From the NCBI GenBank assembly GCA_017437965.1, contig JAFRWN010000121.1:10836-74835 (forward strand): a DNA stretch of 64,000 nucleotides, read 5' to 3'. Position numbers and translations under genes: made by a program. The first letter of the stretch is position 1; every line of letters begins with the position of its first letter. The notes beneath the pieces are model-generated. The model was not told where the DNA came from. It saw only the letters and a list, made by a program, of their open reading frames with translations, and ran no database searches. This DNA comes from Lachnospiraceae bacterium. GTDB taxonomy: Bacteria > Bacillota > Clostridia > Lachnospirales > Lachnospiraceae. Shown one piece after another: positions 1 through 10,235 of the stretch.

Positions 1-337
1 GCAGTCCTTCTATCTTCGGGCTGGTATAATCTTTAAGCAGGTCCTCAATGTATTCGGAAGGATCACCCTCACCGGTCTTAACGACCTTGTCACCCTCTGT
101 AATAGTGGTAACACCGTTCTTTGCCGCAATGCAGAGCTTCGGTTCGAAACCAAGGAAGGTATATCTGCCCCATTTTTCCTGGTTCTCCACACTCTCAAGC
201 ATATAAACATGAGAGCTGACACCCTTTAAGATACGGAGCACCTCCATCGGTGTCCTGATGTCTGCGATCAGTTCTTTTGCCAGGGGCACAACCTTGTAAC
301 CCTGTGATACCTTTTTTGCTTCTTCCAAGCTTAGCAT
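1..337 (-). CDS. trpE: anthranilate synthase component I, N-terminal part (continues past the window edge)
   Basis: My own translation from ATG at 337 (absent from the ORF track because it runs off the window): MLSLEEAKKVSQGYKVVPLAKELIADIRTPMEVLRILKGVSSHVYMLESVENQEKWGRYTFLGFEP..., a TrpE-like N-terminus. GGAGG lies about 8 nt upstream and a Trp T-box leader precedes it. Confidence 0.8.
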   Translation of the reverse strand, partial: MLSLEEAKKVSQGYKVVPLAKELIADIRTPMEVLRILKGVSSHVYMLESVENQEKWGRYTFLGFEPKLCIAAKNGVTTITEGDKVVKTGEGDPSEYIEDLLKDYTSPKIEGL

Positions 338-351
338 TTTTCGATCCTCCT

Positions 352-660
352 GTTGAAAATTAAGTTTAACGCAAGAAAACCGCCCATGAGAACATCTTCT
401 TATGCTCTCAAGGACGGTTAAAAATCTTTCTACCGCGGTGCCACCTTGATTTGTGGATTCCACACTCTCGTCAGAATACTATCATATTCCCGGCAGGTAA
501 CGTCTGCCTTACGTCGCGGAATACTCGGCTTTTGCCTTTGACCGCGCCCTCAGTGGTCCATTTAATGAACTGCTTACCACCGGCTCTCAGCTCCCCGGCT
601 CTCTGTAGGCGCATCTTTCATTTTTATCTCCACCTCAACGGTTTCAAAATATTGAATTAT
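352..660 (-). promoter_or_regulatory. T-box leader, probably tRNA-Trp responsive, with terminator/antiterminator
   Basis: The minus strand shows AGAGAG and GCTGAGAG stem-I elements (about 585-610). A candidate specifier AAA-UGG-A has its UGG at 558-560. The conserved T-box GGUGGCACCGCG is at 433-445. A long terminator hairpin at 378-419 is followed by a U-rich run (371-379). Confidence 0.8.
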
Positions 661-666
661 GGTGTA

Positions 667-695
667 ATTAAATCACAAAATATTTTCAATGTCAA
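667..695 (-). promoter_or_regulatory. sigma-A-type promoter for the trp leader
   Basis: Minus strand has TTGACA (690-695), a 17-nt spacer, then TTTAAT (667-672). Confidence 0.5.
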
Positions 696-715
696 GAAGT
701 TTTTTAAAAAACTTC
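696..715. terminator. perfect 20-bp palindrome GAAGTTTTTTAAAAAACTTC at the end of the WYL operon
   Basis: It starts 1 nt after the stop codon at 717-719. The arms are perfect 10-bp repeats rich in A/T runs, so it could act as a bidirectional terminator or insulator ahead of the trp promoter. Confidence 0.4.
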
Positions 716-716
716 C

Positions 717-1673
717 TCACTCATTCTCTTTGTAGTACCCAAGTCTCTTCTCTACGGAATCCAGAAGCCTCTTTCTGATATCCTCAGGCTCATATACTAT
801 CATCGAGCTTCCGTAACTTCTTACCCAAGAATAGAATTTTTCTATTCCGAAAACGTCATCCTCATAGATAATATACCCGTCATGCTTTTCGACATGCCCC
901 TCCGCTCTGTCGCCAAGTTCCCTTTGCACACGCATAACCACTCCGGCCTCATCAAGAATTTTTACCTTTACATGAACCGGAACACCGAATTCCACTCCCC
1001 ATGCCCTGTCATATTTTGTAAATTCCACGTGCTCCTTAGGGGTGCAAATCTCATTTGACGTCCTGCAGTCCTTTATCCTGTCAAAACGGTAAAGTCCTTC
1101 ATCATGACCGACAACATAAATAAAATTATCGTCCACATTATGTATGATCTTCATCGGCCTGATGGTCTTTTTCTGTATTTTCTCTTTGTTTTTATCAAGG
1201 TAACTGAAGCTGACGCTCTTTCCTTTATTCATCCTCTCAGACAGAAAATTTCTTAGCTGTATATCTTCGTCGGAGAAAGAACCGATAGCATTCTTAATGT
1301 AACAGGACTTGCTTTTCTTCACTTTTCTGCCCAATTCATTGTCAAGAAAATCACTGAGCATGGTAAGTTCCTCATTGTCAAGTATCAGCTGCACATTTCT
1401 GCTTCTGGGTCCCTCAAGAAAAAGTCCGGCACACTTATCGAGCCTGCCGTCCTCAAGTTCCTCCCCCGCATCGCGCTCTTCATATTCCTCATCATCACTT
1501 GCATAGTGAAGTGAATAGCCCTGGATATTCTTAAGATCGCGGATTATGGTATCCTCATCGACCTGCATCAGCTCAGTCAGTTCCCTTACCGAAAATCCGT
1601 CGCCATAGTCCTTTGACATCAAGGAAACAAGGGTTGCCATTCTGATAAATTTATTACTTCCGTAACTACTCAT
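717..1673 (-). CDS. HTH-WYL-WCX transcriptional regulator (PafC/BrxR-like)
   Basis: N-terminal HTH (FSVRELTELMQVDEDTIIRDLKNI). WYL-like core (SFSYLDKNKEKIQKKTIRPMKIIHNVDDNFIYVVGHDEGLYRFDRIKD). C-terminal extension (HVKVKILD...SSMIVYEPEDIRKRL). Its start overlaps the upstream gene by 8 nt. Confidence 0.7.
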   Translation of the reverse strand: MSSYGSNKFIRMATLVSLMSKDYGDGFSVRELTELMQVDEDTIIRDLKNIQGYSLHYASDDEEYEERDAGEELEDGRLDKCAGLFLEGPRSRNVQLILDNEELTMLSDFLDNELGRKVKKSKSCYIKNAIGSFSDEDIQLRNFLSERMNKGKSVSFSYLDKNKEKIQKKTIRPMKIIHNVDDNFIYVVGHDEGLYRFDRIKDCRTSNEICTPKEHVEFTKYDRAWGVEFGVPVHVKVKILDEAGVVMRVQRELGDRAEGHVEKHDGYIIYEDDVFGIEKFYSWVRSYGSSMIVYEPEDIRKRLLDSVEKRLGYYKENE

Positions 1674-2940
1674 AAAGGCCCTCCTCCCTGTACTTTTCTA
1701 AGGTACGGTTCAGCGAAAAGACCATTGTTTTCCTTAGTTCTTCCGGCTCACGAACATAAACACTGCTTCCGAATTTTCTTAAGAATCTTGCAAAGTCATT
1801 AAGTCCGCGGATATCGTCCTCATATATATAACCCTTCTCAAATTTACCGTCCGTACAAGAATAAAGTGTCGCATTTTTTCTTTTCCTCAAAAGGTTTTCA
1901 AGTTTCAGTCCGATATTTCCGAAATCCTGGAATTCCACCTTCACATGTACAAGAGGGTCGACCGAAATCTGAAACATTTCCTCAGCCATCCTGAGATATC
2001 GCGGCGATTCAAAGATATCGTTCTTAATGCCCCGGGCAATGCTTATATTCTTTATCTTCATAACATTAAGTATATAATCGAAACCCGCGCCCTCGTTCTT
2101 TCCGATAAGGTAAAGCATATCCCTGTCGGAAAGGTAGACGACAAGTCCGAGCCTGAAAATCATGATTTCACCCTTGTCCCCGTATTCTATTTCAAGTGCA
2201 TAATGCTCATAATCCAGCTCCGACAGTCTGTCGAGCCACTTTTCCACTTCAGGCTTTTTATTCATCCTGTTGCCAAGCACTACGAAATTTTCCCTGTTCT
2301 CCTCACGGTATTCCTCGCCTAGTACAAGGGCAAGCTTTTTTTCAATTTCCTGCAGCTTATCAGAAAATGAATATGACGGCCCGAAGGCATGAAGCCTGTC
2401 AAGAATGTCAAGTGCTTCATCTTCGGAAAGGTTTACATATACAGGCGCCTTCTTTGTCAGCTTATACTCATTCTCCGCAGTCTTCTCAATTATCCCTGCC
2501 GAAATCAACGACCCAAGTGCATTCACAACCGCATTCCTGTATTTCTCTGTCTCCTCGTTTCCGACAAGATCATGCTCATCATAGTGCACGGGCATTATAT
2601 ATTCCATATATTTTCGGGTAAGATGATCGATATTGTAGACCGAGCCCTCCTTCTGAAGTATCAGAAGCAACAGCATTTTGGAAAAATCCGTCTTGTAGGA
2701 ATCCTCGACCGAACGAAGCACCTTATTATCCCTCGCCGAACTTTCCGCAGGAACGGTAAGAGTGTATCCGACTCCCTTTTTATGCCTTGAAATATCATAT
2801 GTTTTGGAAAGTTTTCCTACATCCTTTTTTATGGACTCGGTATCCACCCCATATTTTTCAGCAAGCCATTCCTTGGTTTTCGGACCGCACATAAGGTCTG
2901 CAAGTATCATATCCTGCCTGGTTTTGCCTTCTCCTGCCAT
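1666..2940 (-). CDS. HTH-WYL-WCX transcriptional regulator, paired with 717-1673 (PafB-like)
   Basis: N-terminal HTH (KEWLAEKYGVDTESIKKDVGKL). WYL-like segment (ALEIEYGDKGEIMIFRLGLVVYLSDRDMLYLIGKN). WCX-like end (VHVKVEFQ...SSVYVREPEELRKTM). GGAGG RBS. Confidence 0.65.
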   Translation of the reverse strand: MAGEGKTRQDMILADLMCGPKTKEWLAEKYGVDTESIKKDVGKLSKTYDISRHKKGVGYTLTVPAESSARDNKVLRSVEDSYKTDFSKMLLLLILQKEGSVYNIDHLTRKYMEYIMPVHYDEHDLVGNEETEKYRNAVVNALGSLISAGIIEKTAENEYKLTKKAPVYVNLSEDEALDILDRLHAFGPSYSFSDKLQEIEKKLALVLGEEYREENRENFVVLGNRMNKKPEVEKWLDRLSELDYEHYALEIEYGDKGEIMIFRLGLVVYLSDRDMLYLIGKNEGAGFDYILNVMKIKNISIARGIKNDIFESPRYLRMAEEMFQISVDPLVHVKVEFQDFGNIGLKLENLLRKRKNATLYSCTDGKFEKGYIYEDDIRGLNDFARFLRKFGSSVYVREPEELRKTMVFSLNRTLEKYREEGLYE

Positions 2941-2976
2941 GAAAAGTCCTCCAAATACATCCGCCCATCGTTACTT

Positions 2977-4152
2977 TTACAAGGCCAGCATTTTCTCCGA
3001 TATCATCACATCAATATCCCTCGGTACGGGCTGGATTTCAATGGGAAGCCCATTATCCTTCTTAAGATGCCTTGCTGCGCAACATGCCTGGAGTCCGAGT
3101 CCGAGATCCATTATCGGAATCGGATTCCCTGTTCCGACGGACAGGTTTATCGGACTTGCATTCCCGAGCAGGAACACTCTCTTTTCCCCGAACCTGAACA
3201 TTTCGACATTCTTGTCAAGCATTTCCGTGCTGTCTGCTTCTTTTCTCAGGTCATCCGAGTCGATCTCAAAGCCGAAATGCCCGGCATTGCAGAGCATCAC
3301 GCCGTCCTTGAACAGTCTGATATGCTCATTTCGGATAATGTGGAACCTGCCGGTAGCGGTAACGATAACATCTGCCTGAGGAATCAGTTTTTCGAGATCC
3401 ATATCTACCGTATGGCCATCAGCTTTCGCCTTTAAAAGATAGACGGGATCGATGTCATAGACCATGGTATTTGACCCCATTGCACGGAATTTATTCGCTA
3501 TTCCGCTGCCCACATAACCATAGCCGATCTCAAGCACTTTTTTGCCGCCAAGAAGCGTGCTGGTTGCACGCATGAAGCCGTCAACGACCGACTGTCCTAC
3601 GCCGATGGCATTTTCAAGAAGGCGCTTAAGCGGTGAATCATCAATTACTATTATCGGGAAGGTGGGCTTTATTCCTGCATCGTCGATAAGAAGCCTGCCT
3701 GTCCTTGTTTCTTCATTTGCACCAAAAGGCTTCCAGTCCCTTTCTTTTTTGAAGTAGGTTCTTATCAGATTGGAACCGTTGTCCAGAAAAAGATCCGGCT
3801 TTTCCTCCATTACCATCTCAGCGTAACGCTCATGATCCTCGAGAGTATCGTTTTCCTTTGCATAGACCGTGATCTTAGGGTTTGTCGCAAGAAATGCCGC
3901 TGTGTCCTTCTTGGTTGTTCCCAGATTTCCAACGATGGTGATATGTTCCGCTCCTCCGTCAAGGAAGCAGTCGAGCCAGACCGCTGTCTTCGGTTCAACA
4001 TGAAGACAAATACCGATCTTTTTGCCTTCAAATGCCCTTTCTTCGGCAAACTGCCTGCGAAGATCCGCCATTAACGGCATCTGCTCGCGGAACCATCTGA
4101 TTCTTTCTTCACCTGCTTTTGCAAGGGTAATATCATCGATAATTGAATTCAT
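2977..4152 (-). CDS. S-adenosyl-L-homocysteine hydrolase family protein (divergent)
   Basis: AHCY-like layout: LHVEPKTAVW, NEETRTGRL, Rossmann GYGYVGSGIA, VTATGRFHII, AGHFGFEIDSDDL. Several canonical motifs appear substituted (see findings). Confidence 0.7.
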   Translation of the reverse strand: MNSIIDDITLAKAGEERIRWFREQMPLMADLRRQFAEERAFEGKKIGICLHVEPKTAVWLDCFLDGGAEHITIVGNLGTTKKDTAAFLATNPKITVYAKENDTLEDHERYAEMVMEEKPDLFLDNGSNLIRTYFKKERDWKPFGANEETRTGRLLIDDAGIKPTFPIIVIDDSPLKRLLENAIGVGQSVVDGFMRATSTLLGGKKVLEIGYGYVGSGIANKFRAMGSNTMVYDIDPVYLLKAKADGHTVDMDLEKLIPQADVIVTATGRFHIIRNEHIRLFKDGVMLCNAGHFGFEIDSDDLRKEADSTEMLDKNVEMFRFGEKRVFLLGNASPINLSVGTGNPIPIMDLGLGLQACCAARHLKKDNGLPIEIQPVPRDIDVMISEKMLAL

Positions 4153-4184
4153 GTCTTTCCTCCTGTTTTTTAAATATATGTCAT

Positions 4185-6191
4185 TCAGACTTCAAGTGTT
4201 TCTGTTATCTCAAGAAGCTCTGCTATGTGCTCTGTGGCATGGGCGCTTCTTACATCGGACAACGGTCTTCCTTTAAAATCCGTTTCCATGCGGTACAAAA
4301 ACTGCAGCCAGCCGACAAGCATGATCCTGTTCCTTACTGACGCAAGTTCTTCCTTATCCTTGTCCTCAAAGTATATACGTATGACCTCATTCCATATATA
4401 ATCCGCCGTTTCGGGTGAAACGCCGAGCACTCTTTCGGTATTTCCGGGCTCATCCTCTTCAAAGCACTTATAATTGAAGAACACACCCGCTAGATCAAAC
4501 ACCGCATTTCCGGCCGCCATGGTATCCATGTCTATTATCATCAGCTCGCCGCCCGTGCGGATGATATTGTTCATATGGCAGTCCCCATGTATTGCATTAA
4601 GGCTCTCAGGTACCGCCTCGACGAGCATCTTAAGACGCTCATATTTATCCTCCGGAAGCGTATGTTTTACAGTTTCAACATAACCGATGAACCGCTTTCT
4701 TGCCGAAGGACAGCATCCCTTGTCCATCTTAGTCGAATGCATCAGCTTAAGAAGCGCGGTATAGCTTTCCACCACATTTTTAAGCTCGTCCGGAGAATCA
4801 CAAAGCCACTTTGTACAGGTCGTGGAATCAAGCAGTTCAAACACCGAACCGTACAGATCGCCGACCTTTACGATATCATATGGTATCGCAGTCGGAATAC
4901 CCTTTAAAAATGCCGCCTTCGACAGACGCTGTTCATTCTCTATCATTGCAAGGGCATCACGTGAATTATACACCTTAACGACGGTATCGGCATCAAGCCT
5001 GTAGACCGTACCATAGTACCCTTTTCCGATAACCTCACAGCCGTCTACCGATATTTCCCTCATTTTTTTATGCACGTCAAAGAGTTCCGTAAAGCCTGTC
5101 ATTTCAAATATTTCATAGACATCTCGCGACACATTTTCTATGACAAGGTTCTTTCCGGTTTTCTTTCTTACGCCCATGAGCACCCTGAGGCCCGCACTTG
5201 AAACATAAGTGAGCTCCTGCGCATCAAATACCGGATTTTTCTCTCCTGTCCTTTCAAGGATTTCATCTATCTGCCCGGCAAGTTCCGCTGCATTGTCCGA
5301 ATCTATCCTTCCCTTAAGCGGTATCCGGATACCATCAAGATTTTCAATCACAATATTTTTCTGGAATATACGAAGGTCCGATCTCTTTTCGGCAACTTCC
5401 CTGCAGTAATCCAGTGTTTTCTGCACCTTCTCCGCCGTACTCTCTATCATCGGAGTGATCCTGTCTTCAATCGATTTTGCTCCGATCACTATCTTATCCC
5501 TAAGCACATCTACAGTCCTTATGGACTTGTGTACCGCAAAGCTGTCAATATCCTTCTGCTTTGTAAGGCGTGAAGTATCAAAGAGTAATTCGGGATTTCT
5601 GTTGGCTCCGATATCGATTTCATCGGCAAGACGGATTACCGCAGACAAAAATGCGGTCCTGATCACTCCGTCCTTTGTTTTGATATCGTAATATTCTTTT
5701 TCGTCAAACAGGTCGACTCTTCTGTGACCTCTTGAAATCTGTATAATGGCAAACAACTGCTCTTCTGAAGCGAAATCAAACAATCCTGCATATTTTCTTA
5801 TAAAAACGCCGCTGAATTCATGATGGAATTCCCTGATTATATCTGCATTCTCCATCTCGGGATGGTCCTTACGGTAAGACTCAAGTCCCAGCTCTTTAAG
5901 AAAGATTTCATAATCCTTCTGGTTTATTGTAAGCCCGACGTCGTGAAGATAGCAGGCCATGATCAGCACATAGCACTCCTCCGCACTTAAAAACTCTACC
6001 TGCTGTCCGAGAAGAAGATTGCAATATTCCAGAACATCCATGCTGTGAAGGGCGGAATGGTCCGTAAAATCCGGGAACCATGACAAAAACGACTCCAGCA
6101 TTTTGTTCAGAACCGCCACATTATCCCTCATCTGTCTGTGAAGGGCAGGTGACTGTTCCTTCAGTTTTTTCTCAAGAAGATATTCATTCAT
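4185..6191 (-). CDS. multidomain HD phosphohydrolase - STAS - APH/choline-kinase-like kinase fusion
   Basis: aa 1-~210 form an HD domain (FTDHSALHS...YLHDVG...RLADEID). aa ~280-375 are STAS-like (IPLKGRIDSDNAAEL...LTYVSSAGLRVLMG...FEMTGFTELF). aa ~380-668 are a kinase-like fold (GKGYYGTVYRL..VKVY, HGDCHMNNII, IIDMDT). Confidence 0.65.
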   Translation of the reverse strand: MNEYLLEKKLKEQSPALHRQMRDNVAVLNKMLESFLSWFPDFTDHSALHSMDVLEYCNLLLGQQVEFLSAEECYVLIMACYLHDVGLTINQKDYEIFLKELGLESYRKDHPEMENADIIREFHHEFSGVFIRKYAGLFDFASEEQLFAIIQISRGHRRVDLFDEKEYYDIKTKDGVIRTAFLSAVIRLADEIDIGANRNPELLFDTSRLTKQKDIDSFAVHKSIRTVDVLRDKIVIGAKSIEDRITPMIESTAEKVQKTLDYCREVAEKRSDLRIFQKNIVIENLDGIRIPLKGRIDSDNAAELAGQIDEILERTGEKNPVFDAQELTYVSSAGLRVLMGVRKKTGKNLVIENVSRDVYEIFEMTGFTELFDVHKKMREISVDGCEVIGKGYYGTVYRLDADTVVKVYNSRDALAMIENEQRLSKAAFLKGIPTAIPYDIVKVGDLYGSVFELLDSTTCTKWLCDSPDELKNVVESYTALLKLMHSTKMDKGCCPSARKRFIGYVETVKHTLPEDKYERLKMLVEAVPESLNAIHGDCHMNNIIRTGGELMIIDMDTMAAGNAVFDLAGVFFNYKCFEEDEPGNTERVLGVSPETADYIWNEVIRIYFEDKDKEELASVRNRIMLVGWLQFLYRMETDFKGRPLSDVRSAHATEHIAELLEITETLEV

Positions 6192-8004
6192 TAGCTTCCA
6201 ACTCCGCTGTCAGATTTATGTAAAGGCAATTAGTATTGAAAGTATATATGTATCTGATATCCTTTGCCAGATTCATTACCATGCGTATTCCTATGTTTTC
6301 TTCCGTATCGTCCCTGTGTATTTCATAGTATTTCATAGGGTCGAACTGTTCACAGAAATCCCTCAGGCAAAGTGATATCCTGTTCTTATCGGCATAAAGC
6401 CTGTAATCCACGCATATTCCGGTTTTATTCCGGGGTTTTCCGTGCTCCACTATGTTTCCGGCCATTTCCTCGACAAAAAGAGACATAAGCCTTGCCTGTC
6501 TTGCACTGACACCATGCTCAAGGCAGAACTGCCAAGCCCTTTCACTTTCGCTTACAACATCCTCCATGCTGTATATATGGGCATCTATGTTATCTTCCTT
6601 TCTTCCGCCGAAACCTTTTTCAAGGAACATATAGTCCTCCGTGTGCTTCGGTATGCCGTGGTTTCGTAAGCAAAGATACAAAAACATGCCAAGGATAAGG
6701 ATGACCTTTCCGACAGCCACCGCTGCCATGATGCCTTCAGAACCAAAGATTTTTCCGAGAACTGCTGCCGTGATTATCGGTACAAAAAGGCGTTCTACAA
6801 AGCAAAATATATTTACCATCTTTCTGTTCTGTATTCCCTGCAGATAGTCCTGGTATATCTCGGTAATGCCGTCAAGCGAAAGGCCTAATGCCATGCAGCG
6901 AATACTGAACACGGACAGCCTTGTAACCTCCGGATCGGAGGTATAGATGCCTGCAATGAACGGAGCCGCAAAAAACAGGATTGCTCCGGCTACAAGTGTT
7001 ATCTTCACACAAAGCTTTATTGCATATGTAAAACTTCTTTTAAGTCCTTCCTTGTCGGATGCCCCGTAATACATCGATGACACGGTAAGAAGCGTCCTTC
7101 CGATGCCGATGCTGATACAGAACATCAGCATATTGAGATCGCTCTGCATTCCCTTTGCAGCCACCGCAGCAGTGCTTACTGCGACAACAAGGTTTATCCT
7201 GTTGGTGGCTATATCTCTTATAATTACCGCAAGCTTTTTGACGAAAGAAACTGAGCCGCACTTTACGATATCCCCAAATTCCCCGAAGGTCATTGTCTCA
7301 AGCGAAAACCTGAAGTAACCTTTTTTCCTCACAAAATGCGTCGCCAGTACGGCAAGCTGCAGCCAGATTGATACCGAGGTTGCAAGCCCCATTCCGAAAA
7401 TGTTTCCGTGAAAAACAAAAATATTCAGAAGGTCTCCCGTCACATCCGAAACGCACAGCACTACCGCAGATATCGTTATCAGCTTTTTGCCGTTATCCAT
7501 TACCATGTATGGACTCAGTATCTGCACAAGTATCACTGCGGGGATACCGACAATATATCCCTTCATGTATTTAAGCATATGCTCAAAGATTTCCGGCTGC
7601 CTGCTTCCTTTGATACCGCAGATACGGAACAATACCTCAGGCGCAAATATACAGACAAGCAGGAACAATGCAGCTATTCCGAGGCCGAAAACCACCGAAA
7701 AAGTAAATACCGCATTGGCCTTCTGCCTTTCGCCTTTTCCAATTTTATGGGAACATACTATTTGGCCGCCGATTGATATGAAGCTGGCAAGTAAGAGTAT
7801 GATGTTTACCATCGGTCCCAGAAGGGAAACAGCGGAATATGCATCATGTCCCAGATACCTGCTTGTGATCACACCGTCTATGATATTGGCGATCACGCCC
7901 GTAAGCATCGAAAAAATCATGACGATCGCTGCAGGAAGGAACATACTTGCGATGATATCCTTTTGCTGGTTTTGTTTTAAATTTTCTTCCACTCTGGTTC
8001 CCAT
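6184..8004 (-). CDS. MATE-family efflux transporter with a C-terminal SpoIIAB/RsbW-like HATPase domain
   Basis: About 450 aa of polytopic MATE-like membrane core, then about 135 aa (nt 6184-6597) reading ERAWQFCLEHGVSARQARLMSLFVEEMAGNIVEHGKPRNKTGICVDYRLYADKNRISLCLRD, which resembles anti-sigma serine kinases. It overlaps the next gene by 8 nt. Confidence 0.65.
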   Translation of the reverse strand: MGTRVEENLKQNQQKDIIASMFLPAAIVMIFSMLTGVIANIIDGVITSRYLGHDAYSAVSLLGPMVNIILLLASFISIGGQIVCSHKIGKGERQKANAVFTFSVVFGLGIAALFLLVCIFAPEVLFRICGIKGSRQPEIFEHMLKYMKGYIVGIPAVILVQILSPYMVMDNGKKLITISAVVLCVSDVTGDLLNIFVFHGNIFGMGLATSVSIWLQLAVLATHFVRKKGYFRFSLETMTFGEFGDIVKCGSVSFVKKLAVIIRDIATNRINLVVAVSTAAVAAKGMQSDLNMLMFCISIGIGRTLLTVSSMYYGASDKEGLKRSFTYAIKLCVKITLVAGAILFFAAPFIAGIYTSDPEVTRLSVFSIRCMALGLSLDGITEIYQDYLQGIQNRKMVNIFCFVERLFVPIITAAVLGKIFGSEGIMAAVAVGKVILILGMFLYLCLRNHGIPKHTEDYMFLEKGFGGRKEDNIDAHIYSMEDVVSESERAWQFCLEHGVSARQARLMSLFVEEMAGNIVEHGKPRNKTGICVDYRLYADKNRISLCLRDFCEQFDPMKYYEIHRDDTEENIGIRMVMNLAKDIRYIYTFNTNCLYINLTAELEANE

Positions 8005-8036
8005 ACCGCCACTTCTGTAAATAAGATATTTGTGTC

Positions 8037-8065
8037 ATTATAGCATATGCGGTAAAAAAACACAA
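8037..8065 (-). promoter_or_regulatory. extended -10 promoter for the 8004-717 operon
   Basis: Minus strand has TTGTGT (8060-8065), a 17-nt spacer, then TGcTATAAT (8037-8045). It sits just downstream of the groEL terminator. Confidence 0.5.
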
Positions 8066-8080
8066 TGTTTTACGATATAT

Positions 8081-8116
8081 AACAGAAAACGCCATACCCA
8101 AAAGGGCATGACGTTC
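8081..8116 (-). terminator. rho-independent terminator after groEL
   Basis: Minus strand reads ACGTCATGCCC-TTTT-GGGTATGGCGT followed by TTTCTGTT. Confidence 0.6.
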
Positions 8117-8151
8117 TTCTTTTTCTGTTTCTTATAGGTTTACAAACGATT

Positions 8152-10097
<1,946 letters not shown>

Positions 10098-10165
10098 TTT
10101 TTCCTCTCTTTCCAAAACCGGCTTCATTTTCCGGTTTTTCCCGGTATTTTTTTTAACTGTCCTGT

Positions 10166-10194
10166 AGTATATCACTATTTTTCCGGCTTGTCAA
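10166..10194 (-). promoter_or_regulatory. sigma-A promoter of groESL
   Basis: Minus strand has TTGACA (10189-10194), a 17-nt spacer, then TATACT (10166-10171). Confidence 0.6.
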
Positions 10195-10201
10195 CAAAAA
10201 A

Positions 10202-10228
10202 TTAGCACTCATTTGAAGTGAGTGCTAA
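10202..10228. promoter_or_regulatory. CIRCE operator (HrcA binding site)
   Basis: Perfect TTAGCACTC-N9-GAGTGCTAA inverted repeat. Confidence 0.92.
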
Positions 10229-10235
10229 TTTTTTT

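Noticed and set aside
10-735. Track ORFs 10-222 (minus) and 451-735 (plus)
   Set aside because: The first is out of frame within trpE. The second lies on the strand opposite the T-box leader and promoter and has no RBS.
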